Positions 19,562-28,524 of a stretch of 64,000 nucleotides of DNA are shown here, in pieces. The stretch is from positions 805 to 64,804 of the forward strand of contig JACQZG010000011.1 in the NCBI GenBank assembly GCA_016213935.1, written 5' to 3'. The position numbers and the translations under genes were made by a program. Origin of the DNA: Nitrospirota bacterium (GTDB lineage: Bacteria; Nitrospirota; Thermodesulfovibrionia; UBA6902). The notes beneath the pieces are model-generated. The model was not told the DNA's origin. It saw only the letters and a list, made by a program, of their open reading frames with translations, and ran no database searches. Position 1 is the stretch's first letter. Every line of letters begins with the position of its first letter.

Positions 19562-20433
19562 ATCCTCTCCGCTATCCTTAGTTTTGCGCTTCTTGACGAT
19601 GGATTTATCCTTGCCTCCTCCCTCGACGGGAGAAGAGGTTTTTTCGTGATTATATGGAACATCCCCTTCCTCGCAAGCTCTCTGAATGCGTTCTTCACGA
19701 TCCTGTCCTCAAGCGAATGGTAAGAAAGCACGCAAAGCCTGCCGCCGGGTTTAAGGACCTCTGCCCCAGACTCAAGCCCGGCTGAAAGTTCGTCAAGCTC
19801 TCCGTTGACTTCTATCCTCAGCGCCTGAAATGTCCTCGTGGCAGGATGTATCCTTCCTCTTCCGCGGACAGCCTTTTCGATAAGAAGCGCAAGCTCCCTG
19901 CAGGTTCTGATGCGCTTCTTCTTCCTCTCTGACGCGATAGCCCTTGCTATCCTTCTGGAAGACTTTTCTTCGCCGAACCGCCATATTATTTCGGCAAGTC
20001 CCTTCTCTGAATATTCATTCACGACATCTTCGGCGGTGAGCCTGCCTTCCCTGTCCATCCTCATGTCGAGGGGCTCGTCCTTCAGGAAGCTGAAGCCCCT
20101 GCCTTCAGCCTTTAACTGCATGGTTGAAACACCTATGTCAAAGAGTATTCCGTCCGCGCCGCTGAAGCCGAAGCTGTTGAGGATGGGCTTCAACTCTGAG
20201 AAACGGCCTTTTGCAAGATGAACATTTTCCATTCCTTTAAACCGCTCCTTTGCCGATGCCAGAACCTCTCCATCCCTGTCAATCCCTATCAGGCTGCACC
20301 CTTTTGCCTTCTCAAGGATGAGGCCGGCATGGCCGCCGAGCCCCACTGTCGCGTCCACGTATGCGCCGCCTTCGCTTATCTTCAAACCCTCCATAACCTC
20401 CTCAGGCATGACAGGGACATGAGCAATCCCCAT
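19558..20433 (-). CDS. rsmH: 16S rRNA (cytosine1402-N4)-methyltransferase
   Basis: HVPVMPEEV, DATVGLGGHA and DIGVST motifs. Confidence 0.93.
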   Translation of the reverse strand: MGIAHVPVMPEEVMEGLKISEGGAYVDATVGLGGHAGLILEKAKGCSLIGIDRDGEVLASAKERFKGMENVHLAKGRFSELKPILNSFGFSGADGILFDIGVSTMQLKAEGRGFSFLKDEPLDMRMDREGRLTAEDVVNEYSEKGLAEIIWRFGEEKSSRRIARAIASERKKKRIRTCRELALLIEKAVRGRGRIHPATRTFQALRIEVNGELDELSAGLESGAEVLKPGGRLCVLSYHSLEDRIVKNAFRELARKGMFHIITKKPLLPSREEARINPSSRSAKLRIAERI

Positions 20434-20886
20434 CTAAATTCCAAGGTCTGAAAGCTCTGACTTGAATTTGTTCTTGTCTATCTTTGAAGGGTCGGCAACG
20501 TCAGTGAGCGCATTCTTGTCCCATATCTCGATTCTGTTGCCCTGCCCCATGACAACAACCTCGCTGTTGAGCCCCGCATCCACCCTTAACGCAGACGGAA
20601 CAAGGAGCCTGCCCTGCTTGTCTATCTCACACTCGACAGCCGAACCTACCACCCTGCGCATATAGTATTTAACCGAGTCGAGCGTCTGCGGCTTATCCTT
20701 CACCTTATCGACAAGCCTGCCCCACTCCTCAACAGGATACGCGCAGAGGCAATGGTCAAACGCGTCGTTCGCTATTATCAGCTTGGTATTTTTTGAGGAT
20801 GAGAGTATCTCGCGGAAAGAGGCAGGAATCATTATCCTGCCCTTTGAATCAAGTGTGTTATAGTATTTACCTAAGAAACCTGACAC
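20434..20886 (-). CDS. mraZ: transcriptional regulator MraZ (GTG start)
   Basis: Duplicated SpoVT/AbrB-like motifs LDSKGRIMIPASFRE and DKQGRLLVPSALR; first gene of the dcw cluster. Confidence 0.93.
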   Translation of the reverse strand: MSGFLGKYYNTLDSKGRIMIPASFREILSSSKNTKLIIANDAFDHCLCAYPVEEWGRLVDKVKDKPQTLDSVKYYMRRVVGSAVECEIDKQGRLLVPSALRVDAGLNSEVVVMGQGNRIEIWDKNALTDVADPSKIDKNKFKSELSDLGI

Positions 20887-20902
20887 CTCTCCCCCCTAAT
20901 AA

Positions 20903-20927
20903 ACCACTTTTTACCACTTATAACCAC
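20903..20927 (-). promoter_or_regulatory. putative MraZ operator: three GTGGT boxes with an exact 10-bp period
   Basis: Plus strand ACCAC at 20903-07, 20913-17 and 20923-27, which reads GTGGT-tataa-GTGGT-aaaaa-GTGGT on the mraZ strand. The boxes lie between the predicted -10 and the mraZ start. Confidence 0.55.
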
Positions 20928-20928
20928 C

Positions 20929-20958
20929 AGTATATTTATATTATTAAACCTTGTCAAG
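20929..20958 (-). promoter_or_regulatory. sigma70-type promoter of the dcw cluster (Pmra)
   Basis: Minus strand TTGACA (20958..20953), 18-nt spacer, TATACT (20934..20929). Confidence 0.5.
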
Positions 20959-21094
20959 GGGGGAAACATTATTTTTCAATGAGATACTACATTTTGTGGT
21001 ATGGTTAATTATTATGCACTACCTGTGGAAAAGTTAAAAAGAGATATGATTTCTGCCTTGCATGCGAAATCAGAAATCATGTATCCTGAAACCA

Positions 21095-21745
21095 ATGATA
21101 GATATCGTCGAAAGGTTTAAAAATTTCATGGCTGTTGATAAAGGGCTATCCTCAAACACCCTCGATGCATACACGAGAGATGTAAGGCAATTTGAGAAAT
21201 ATCTTGAAAAAAAGAATAAGGGCATCGAGGGCGTCAGGAAAAAGGATGTTGTCTCATACATGGCCAGCCTCAAAGATTCAGGCTGGCAGGCAGCTACGAT
21301 AGCGAGGAAGCTGGCAGCTATTAGAGGCATCTGCGGGTTTATGCTCATACACAACATCATCGATGAGGACCCTGTAGAAGACCTTTCCACTCCAAAAGGG
21401 TGGAAACGCGTGCCAAAGGTGCTTGGAATAAAAGAGGTCGAAGAACTGCTTTGCAAGCCCGAAGGCGCCTATGCCCTGAGAGACGCCGCCATGCTTGAAA
21501 TGTTCTATTCATCGGGCCTGCGGGTAAGCGAGCTGATAAAGATAAAGATAAAAAGCATATCTTCATCCGTCTCCCCCCACACGCTTAGGCACTGTTTCGC
21601 CACACATCTCCTTGACGGAGGCGCTGACCTTAGGGCGCTCCAGAAGATGCTCGGGCATTCGGATATATCGACAACACAGATATACACAAAAGTCACGCCC
21701 GAACGCCTCAGAAAGGTCCATGAGAAGTTTCACCCGAGAAAATAA
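21095..21745 (+). CDS. XerC/XerD-type tyrosine recombinase with an in-frame internal deletion (possible pseudogene)
   Basis: N-terminal SAM-like domain ([16 protein letters not shown]), first catalytic Arg box SSGLRVSEL, then a direct jump to [14 protein letters not shown]...[13 protein letters not shown]. About 75 residues, including the Lys-bearing beta-hairpin, are absent. The ORF track starts at 21062; MIDIVERF at 21095 fits Xer N-termini better. Confidence 0.7.
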   Translation: MIDIVERFKNFMAVDKGLSSNTLDAYTRDVRQFEKYLEKKNKGIEGVRKKDVVSYMASLKDSGWQAATIARKLAAIRGICGFMLIHNIIDEDPVEDLSTPKGWKRVPKVLGIKEVEELLCKPEGAYALRDAAMLEMFYSSGLRVSELIKIKIKSISSSVSPHTLRHCFATHLLDGGADLRALQKMLGHSDISTTQIYTKVTPERLRKVHEKFHPRK

Positions 21746-21854
21746 CCGCGAAGATTTTGCTTGAACTCTTGCATCAAGATACAGTATCTTTTATTCTGTT
21801 ACAATAAGGCACTGCGCCGGCAGAATCAGGCAATACGCCAAACGGAGGGGATTA

Positions 21855-24287
21855 ATGATAGAAAGAGTCAAAAAAGAAGATCTCTGCAACTCCTGCAGCC
21901 TTTCGGAACTCCCGTTCAAATCTACTGACGATGTAAAACCGCTCAAAGAAACGATCGGCCAGGAGAGGGCATTGCACGCGCTTGATTTCGGCCTTGACAT
22001 AGAGAGCCACGGTTTTAACATCTACATCCTCGGGGAAAGCGGCACAGGGAAGATGACCACAATAAGGAATATACTCGAGGAAAGGGCGAAGAAGGAAGCC
22101 ACGCCCGACGACTGGTGCTATGTCTATAATTTTAAAAATCCCGACGCCCCCAATGTGCTTAACCTCCCGGCCGGGACAGGCACGCTCTTTAAAAAAGAGA
22201 TAGACGAGATGATCAACGACCTCCGCCAGGAGATACCGAAGATATTCGAGTCAAAGGAGTACGAAAAGCAGCGCACCGTCATACTCCATGATTTTCAACA
22301 GCAGCAGAAGAAATTTTTCGGGGAGCTTGAAAAAGAGGCTCAGAAAAAGGACTTCACCCTTCAGAAAAATGTTAGCGGCCTCGCCCTTCTGCCCGTAAAA
22401 AAGGGCGGCGAACCCCTGACGGAAGAGGAGTATGACAGCCTCGACGCTGAGGCGAAAAAGAAGATAGGCAAGATCGGCAAAGAGCTTCAGGATAAACTTG
22501 ATGATGTCATAAGGCTCGTAAGAGCCGAGGAGAACGAAGTCAAGAAGAAGATAACTGACCTCGAGAGGCAGGCTGTCCTCTCACAAGTGGGGCACCGCAT
22601 AGACGAACTGAAGAACAAATACAAAGAGAACCGGAATATAATAAACTACCTCGGCGATGTTAAAGAGGACATCCTCGAGCACCATGAAGATTTCAAGCAG
22701 CAGGAGGAGCAGCCCCAGCCGCTTAATTTCCTGAAGCCCCCAAAGGCCGAGCCCTCCTTCAGCAAATATACCGTAAATGTATTTGTCAACAACAGCGAGA
22801 TCAAAGGCGCCCCGGTTGTCATAGAGACAAACCCGACCTACCTGAACCTGTTCGGCCGCGTCGAGCACAAGCTTCAGTACGGAGTCGCGGTTACCGACTT
22901 CACCATGATAAAACCCGGAGCTCTTCATAAGGCAACCGGAGGATACCTTGTGACAGACGCGCTTGAACTCCTTAAGAATATATTTTCCTATGACGCGCTG
23001 AAAAGGACGATAAAAGACGGGGAAATACGGTTAGAGGATGCGTGGGAGCAGTACAGGCTCATATCCACCATCATGCTCAAGCCGCAGGCGATACCTTTCA
23101 ATGTTAAAGTCATCCTTGTAGGCAACCCCAAGATATACTACCTGCTCTATAACCTGGACGAAGAATACAGGGAGCTTTTCAAGATAAAGGCCGACTACGA
23201 AAACCGCATGGATAGGAGCAAAGAGAACATCCTCAAATACGCCAGCTTCATAAAGACCAAGTGCGTAAAAAAAGGGCTTCAGCCTTTTGACCGCAGCGCA
23301 GTCGCAAAGATCATCGAACACGGCTCAAAGCTCGCCGAGCATAAAAATAAGCTCTCCGCGAAATTCTCCGAGATAGCCGACATCCTGAGAGAGGCGAGCC
23401 ACTGGTCAAAGAAGAGGGGCAGCTCTGTCGTCACAGATGATGATGTCGAAACCGCGCTCCGCGAAAGGGTTTACAGGTCGGACAAGGTTCAGAAGAAGAT
23501 ACTCGAAGCCATGGAAGACGGCTCCATCCTCGTCGACAAGAAGGGAAAGGCGGTCGGCCAGATAAACGGGCTCTCTGTCCTCGACCTCGGCGACTACAGC
23601 TTCGGCATGCCTTCGAGGATAACGGCAAAGACTTACGCCGGAAGGGCGGGCATAGTCAACATAGAGAGGGAGACAAAGATGAGCGGCAAGATACATGAAA
23701 AGGCCATACTCATCCTCACCGCGTACCTCGGCGGAAAATACGCGTCAAAGCACCCGCTCAGCCTGAGCGCCTCCCTCACGTTTGAACAGCTTTATGGCGG
23801 CGTAGAGGGCGACAGCGCCACATGCGCCGAGGTATATGCCCTGCTGAGCAGCATCTCAGGCGTCCCTATCAAGCAATCGATAGCCATAACCGGCTCGATG
23901 AACCAGCACGGAGAGGTCCAGCCTATCGGGGGCGTGAATGAAAAGATAGAGGGCTTCTATGAATTCTGCAAGATCAGCGGCCTCACCGGCGAGCAGGGCG
24001 TCATAATACCGTCGCGCAACCTTATAAACCTTATGCTAAACAATGAAGTGATAAAGGCTGTCGAGGAAGGGAAATTCCATATCTACTCCATAGAAAATAT
24101 CGAAGACAGCATAGAGATACTCATGGGAATGCCTCCCGGAGAGATGAAAAGCGACGGCACATATCCCGGGGGAACGCTTAATCACCTTGTCGCCAAAAGG
24201 CTTCTTGAGCTCTCGAAGGCATCAAAGGAGAAGCCTGAAAAAGAGACTGCAAAAAAAGGCTCCAAAAAGACAAGCAGTAAAAAATGA
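21855..24287 (+). CDS. Lon-like ATP-dependent protease (AAA+ N-terminal part plus S16 Lon C-terminal protease domain; LonB/COG1067-like)
   Basis: Walker A ILGESGTGKMT; Ser-Lys dyad context GVEGDSATCAE ... GGVNEKIEG; GGAGGGG SD 5 nt upstream; the stop overlaps the next start (ATGA). Confidence 0.85.
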   Translation: MIERVKKEDLCNSCSLSELPFKSTDDVKPLKETIGQERALHALDFGLDIESHGFNIYILGESGTGKMTTIRNILEERAKKEATPDDWCYVYNFKNPDAPNVLNLPAGTGTLFKKEIDEMINDLRQEIPKIFESKEYEKQRTVILHDFQQQQKKFFGELEKEAQKKDFTLQKNVSGLALLPVKKGGEPLTEEEYDSLDAEAKKKIGKIGKELQDKLDDVIRLVRAEENEVKKKITDLERQAVLSQVGHRIDELKNKYKENRNIINYLGDVKEDILEHHEDFKQQEEQPQPLNFLKPPKAEPSFSKYTVNVFVNNSEIKGAPVVIETNPTYLNLFGRVEHKLQYGVAVTDFTMIKPGALHKATGGYLVTDALELLKNIFSYDALKRTIKDGEIRLEDAWEQYRLISTIMLKPQAIPFNVKVILVGNPKIYYLLYNLDEEYRELFKIKADYENRMDRSKENILKYASFIKTKCVKKGLQPFDRSAVAKIIEHGSKLAEHKNKLSAKFSEIADILREASHWSKKRGSSVVTDDDVETALRERVYRSDKVQKKILEAMEDGSILVDKKGKAVGQINGLSVLDLGDYSFGMPSRITAKTYAGRAGIVNIERETKMSGKIHEKAILILTAYLGGKYASKHPLSLSASLTFEQLYGGVEGDSATCAEVYALLSSISGVPIKQSIAITGSMNQHGEVQPIGGVNEKIEGFYEFCKISGLTGEQGVIIPSRNLINLMLNNEVIKAVEEGKFHIYSIENIEDSIEILMGMPPGEMKSDGTYPGGTLNHLVAKRLLELSKASKEKPEKETAKKGSKKTSSKK

Positions 24288-25222
24288 GCAATGAGCGGCC
24301 CGAAAGAGGCGTTACTCGCCTGACAAGGCATATCCTCTGGCTTTTTGAGACGTTATTGATCATTTTCCCCCTCCTTATCCTCGGCCTGCTTCCGCGAAGG
24401 CTTTCCGCCCGCTTTGGCGAGATTGCCGGAATCTGCCTATTCCGCATATTCAGTGACAAAAGGCGGATAGCCCTGAAAAACATTGAGATAGCAGTCAAGG
24501 GCGGCCTTGCCATAAAAGAAACTCCCGAACAAGTCACAAAAAAACATTTTATTAATCTCGGAAGGTCTCTTGCCGAGGTCTCGATGATAATACTTGGAAG
24601 AGATAAGACCCTGAGGGATATCGTGTTTGAGGGAATTGATGAGTATGAAAGTGCCTTAAAAAAAGGGCGCGGAGTTATCCTGATAACTGGCCACTGCGGC
24701 AATTGGGAGCTCGTCTCTCTGGCAAAATCATGGAAAGGCATGCCGTTTTCGCCGGTGGCAAGAGCGCTGAACAACCCTTATCTGAACTGTTGTGTTGAGA
24801 GCTTGAGAACAAGATACGGCAATAAGGTCATATATAAAAAAGGCGCTCTTAAAGAGATTCTCACTATACTCAATAACGGCGGCGTTGCCGGGCTTATTAT
24901 CGACCAGAGCGTTACGGAGAGCGAAGCGGTCGTCATAGAGTTCTTCGGCGAAAAGGTATATGCCATGAAAACGCCCGCGCTTATCGCCATGAAGACAGGA
25001 GCCGCGGTCGTCCCTGTATTCGTAAATTATCTCGGAAACGGCAGGCACCGCTTCAAATTTCATAAAGAAATCCCATTGAAGATCACGGGTGATAAAGAAG
25101 AGGATGTGATATTCAATACAAAAGCATTCATGAAGAAGATAGAGGATTACATAAAAGAAAATCCGTCTGAATGGCTCTGGATACACAGGCGGTTTAAACT
25201 CAGCCGTGGAAGAAGATATTAA
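24284..25222 (+). CDS. lipid A late acyltransferase (LpxL/HtrB family lysophospholipid acyltransferase)
   Basis: N-terminal TM segment and the family motif ITGHCGNWEL (HxxNWE). Confidence 0.75.
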   Translation: MSNERPERGVTRLTRHILWLFETLLIIFPLLILGLLPRRLSARFGEIAGICLFRIFSDKRRIALKNIEIAVKGGLAIKETPEQVTKKHFINLGRSLAEVSMIILGRDKTLRDIVFEGIDEYESALKKGRGVILITGHCGNWELVSLAKSWKGMPFSPVARALNNPYLNCCVESLRTRYGNKVIYKKGALKEILTILNNGGVAGLIIDQSVTESEAVVIEFFGEKVYAMKTPALIAMKTGAAVVPVFVNYLGNGRHRFKFHKEIPLKITGDKEEDVIFNTKAFMKKIEDYIKENPSEWLWIHRRFKLSRGRRY

Positions 25223-26792
25223 AAAAAATAAACGCATCCTTATCCGAGGGGTCAACTGGATAGGCGACGCCGTACTCACGCTTCCGGCGGTGAAGGCCGT
25301 GCGCCGCGCATTCCCGGAAGCGCGAATTAGCCTCCTTGTCAAGCCCTGGGTCGCGGATATATTTAAAGAGTGCCGCGACATAGATGAGATTATCCTCTAT
25401 GAAAAAAGGCATGAGAGCATCGGGGGAAGACTGAAGCTTGCCAGAGAACTCAGGCAGAAAAAGTTTGGCAAGGCGATACTTCTTCAGAACGCATTTGACG
25501 CGGCCATCATAGCATGGCTTGCAGGGATACCCGAACGCATAGGATACGCAAGAGACGGAAGGAGCATCCTGCTCACAGAGGCTGTCCCGTTTAATGAAAA
25601 TATCTTCAAAAAACATCATCTGCGTTATTATCTCGATTTGCTGAATGAAGCAGGAATAGATACACCATTCACTCATCCGTATATTTACCTGACTGATGAG
25701 GAGCGTCAATGGGCAAGGTCACTTATCAATAGCTCACCGCTTCAGATCCAAAACTCTCCTATCATCGGAATCAACCCCGGCGCTGCTTACGGCTCTGCAA
25801 AGAGATGGATGCCTGAGAGATTTGCAGAGGTCATAAGAAAGATCGTTGATGAACTTAATGGAAGGGTGATAATATTCGGCGGGCCTTCTGAAGCTGAGAT
25901 AGCTTATGAGATAGCGTCACTCTGCCCTGACCATGCCAAAGATATCATGGTAATGGCGGGCAAGACAGATATCAGGCAGCTTGCCTCGCTCATTGCTGAG
26001 TGCGACGCGTTCATCACAAATGATTCAGGCCCCATGCATATGGCGTCCGCCCTCTTTGTCCCTATCGCTGCAATATTCGGCTCGACCGACCCTGCTGCAA
26101 CAGGCCCTTTCGGAAACGGGCATAGAATAATCACGAAAAATCTCTCCTGTTCGCCCTGCCTCGAAAGAGCGTGCCCCGAAGGACACCTGAAATGTTTGAG
26201 TGAAATAAGGAGCGAGGATGTATTTAACGCCCTCAAAGAGATACTGCCGAAAGAGAGAGCGGTATTCCTCGACAGGGACGGGACACTGATAGAAGATAAA
26301 AATTATCTCAACAGTTTTAACAACCTTGTCATTCTCCCTGAGATCAGAGAGGGGCTTAAGAAACTGAAAGACGCCGGCTTCAAACTTATCGGCATAACAA
26401 ACCAGTCCGGAATTGCGAGGGGGATTGTTAACAAGGGCTTCATCACGGAATCAAACGCGTTCCTTCAGAAAGAATTGGGGATAGATGACTTCTTCTACTG
26501 CCCTCATCATCCCGACGAGAAGTGCAACTGCAGAAAGCCTGAGCCTCTGATGCTCCTTGAGGCAAAGATGAAGCACGGGATAGGCCTGAAAGCGTCATAC
26601 ATGATAGGCGATAAGGAATTGGATGTCCTGCTTTCCGGCAAGACCGGGGTGACGGGGATTTTATTAGCAAAAGAAGCTCCTGAGACAACATCAGCTTCTC
26701 ACGTCGCACAGAATTTAAACCAAGCGGCTGAATGGATACTTGAGAGGGAGCGTAATAACCCGTCGGCTTCAGCCAGACTAAAATCAAAATGA
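25206..26792 (+). CDS. fusion protein: ADP-heptose:LPS heptosyltransferase (GT9) plus D,D-heptose 1,7-bisphosphate phosphatase GmhB
   Basis: GT9 N-terminal part (ILIRGVNWIGDAVLTLPA...NDSGPMHMASAL). The C-terminal 180 aa carry the HAD motif FLDRDGTLIED, ITNQSGIARG and the Zn-loop CPHHPDEKCNCRKP, typical of GmhB. GTG start. Confidence 0.8.
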   Translation: MEEDIKKNKRILIRGVNWIGDAVLTLPAVKAVRRAFPEARISLLVKPWVADIFKECRDIDEIILYEKRHESIGGRLKLARELRQKKFGKAILLQNAFDAAIIAWLAGIPERIGYARDGRSILLTEAVPFNENIFKKHHLRYYLDLLNEAGIDTPFTHPYIYLTDEERQWARSLINSSPLQIQNSPIIGINPGAAYGSAKRWMPERFAEVIRKIVDELNGRVIIFGGPSEAEIAYEIASLCPDHAKDIMVMAGKTDIRQLASLIAECDAFITNDSGPMHMASALFVPIAAIFGSTDPAATGPFGNGHRIITKNLSCSPCLERACPEGHLKCLSEIRSEDVFNALKEILPKERAVFLDRDGTLIEDKNYLNSFNNLVILPEIREGLKKLKDAGFKLIGITNQSGIARGIVNKGFITESNAFLQKELGIDDFFYCPHHPDEKCNCRKPEPLMLLEAKMKHGIGLKASYMIGDKELDVLLSGKTGVTGILLAKEAPETTSASHVAQNLNQAAEWILERERNNPSASARLKSK

Positions 26793-27793
26793 GGATACTG
26801 ATAATCAAGCCGAGCTCCCTCGGCGACATAATACACGCCCTTCCCTTTCTGAAAGCGGTGAAGGACGCTTACCCGGAATCGCAGGTAGACTGGGTGGTGA
26901 GCAAAAACCTCGCCGGGATTCTCGAAGGGAATCCGCTCATAAACGAACTCATTATCTTTGACAAAGACTCTTGGAAATCCCTCAGAAACCTGCCCGCGAC
27001 CATAAGGGAGATTAAGAGTTTCAGGAAAAATCTCGGCAAAAGGTATTACGAAATCATCGCAGACCTTCAGGGGCTTTTAAGGAGCGGGCTTATCACGCAT
27101 TTCACGCCGGGCGCAATGAAGATAGGTTTCGCAGGCGCACGAGAAGGAAGCCGTTTTTTCTACGGCAAGAAGGTCAGGATAAACGGCGCTGTTCACGCGG
27201 TTGACAAGAACCTCCTCATTGCAAAGGCGATAGGCGCTGAGGCAAAGAAGGCCGAGTTCCCTCTTTACGTTGACGATGCCGCAAAAGAGAAGATCGCTCA
27301 AAAACTCGGCGGCATTGACGAGTATATTCTCATAGCCCCTTCAGCGAGGTGGCAGAGCAAGAGGTGGCCTGCTGAATATTTCGCATCGCTTATCGCCAAG
27401 ATTAACATGCCCGTCGTCGTCACCGGGACTGCATCCGACAAGGATATTATTCAGGGAATAAAGGATGAATCCCCGGGAAAGATAATCGATCTCTGCGGAA
27501 AGACCGGGCTAAAGGAACTAATGGCTTCAATAAGCGGGGCAAAGGCTGTCGTGAGCAATGACTCAGGACCCATGCATATCGCGTCTGCGTTGAAGCGCCC
27601 TGTCATCGCCATCTTCGGCCCTACGGATTATGAAAAGACAGGCCCTTACGGCTGGCAGAAGAATAAAGACCTCCATATCATCAGGGCGGCTGTGCCGTGC
27701 AGCCCATGCTTCAAAAAAAAGTGCAAGGATATGGGGTGTATGCGTAAAATAACTGTTGAGACGGTGTACGCGGCATTAAAAAAATATTTATGA
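26789..27793 (+). CDS. ADP-heptose:LPS heptosyltransferase (GT9, WaaC/WaaF-like)
   Basis: MRILIIKPSSLGDIIHALP N-terminus; NDSGPMHIASAL; C-terminal CSPCFKKKC. Confidence 0.8.
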   Translation: MRILIIKPSSLGDIIHALPFLKAVKDAYPESQVDWVVSKNLAGILEGNPLINELIIFDKDSWKSLRNLPATIREIKSFRKNLGKRYYEIIADLQGLLRSGLITHFTPGAMKIGFAGAREGSRFFYGKKVRINGAVHAVDKNLLIAKAIGAEAKKAEFPLYVDDAAKEKIAQKLGGIDEYILIAPSARWQSKRWPAEYFASLIAKINMPVVVTGTASDKDIIQGIKDESPGKIIDLCGKTGLKELMASISGAKAVVSNDSGPMHIASALKRPVIAIFGPTDYEKTGPYGWQKNKDLHIIRAAVPCSPCFKKKCKDMGCMRKITVETVYAALKKYL

Positions 27794-28524
27794 TCAGGAA
27801 CCATTTAATATTCCCGCTTCTTCTTGTTGCCGTATTTCTCCGCCCGCTCACCGCTGAAGCAGAGCCTTCACTGCCTGAGCGCTTCAGTTATTACGTCTTC
27901 TGGTCAGGCATAAGGGCGGGAAGCGCTACGCTTTATTTTACCAGGACAGGCGACGGGACAAGCATAACCTCAAACGCAACGTCAGCCTCCATCATATCGC
28001 TATTCTACAAAGTCGATGACACAGCAAAAAGCATTTTATACGAAGACGGCTCTCCGAAAAACTATCATTTAAAGATACGGGAAGGCCGCCACAGGAGAGA
28101 GAAGATGGCTTCCTTTGGGGAACGGGCGGAAGACGGCTCGCAAAAGGTGGTCTTCAGGAATATTCTCGAGAATGAAACTTCTGAATTTATCCTCCAAAGC
28201 ATGGCGCATGACCCTTTGTCAGCGCTCTATGAATTGAGAAAGAGGCCGTTAAGTGTCGGCAAACCGGAATATATCGACATATTCGAGAGCAATAAGCTAT
28301 GGAAGACAGAGGTGCAGGTCATAAAGAAGGAGAGGATATGGGTGCCCGCGGGAGAATTCGATACAATACTCATAAAGCCGGTCATGCAGTCTGAAGGCAT
28401 ATTCCTGAAGAAGGGCGATATGTACATATGGCTCACGGATGATGAAAAAAGGATACCAGTGATGATAGAGAGCGAGGGAAAGATCGGGAGCTTTAAGGTT
28501 AAACTCGTGGAAGGGGCGTATTGA
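27790..28524 (+). CDS. secreted DUF3108-like protein
   Basis: Signal peptide, then ERFSYYVFWSGIRAGSATLYF, which matches my memory of the DUF3108 N-terminal strand pattern; beta-rich throughout. Confidence 0.55.
   Translation: MIRNHLIFPLLLVAVFLRPLTAEAEPSLPERFSYYVFWSGIRAGSATLYFTRTGDGTSITSNATSASIISLFYKVDDTAKSILYEDGSPKNYHLKIREGRHRREKMASFGERAEDGSQKVVFRNILENETSEFILQSMAHDPLSALYELRKRPLSVGKPEYIDIFESNKLWKTEVQVIKKERIWVPAGEFDTILIKPVMQSEGIFLKKGDMYIWLTDDEKRIPVMIESEGKIGSFKVKLVEGAY

Noticed and set aside
21046-21080. 10-bp perfect inverted repeat ATGATTTCTG-N15-CAGAAATCAT upstream of the xer gene, considered as a dif site or operator
   Set aside because: It does not resemble the dif consensus I know, and one such 10-bp hairpin is expected by chance in a window of this size.
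21855-24287. BREX BrxL-type defence protease
   Set aside because: It is Lon-like, but no PglZ, BrxC, methyltransferase or other defence genes are adjacent. It is translationally coupled to LPS genes instead.
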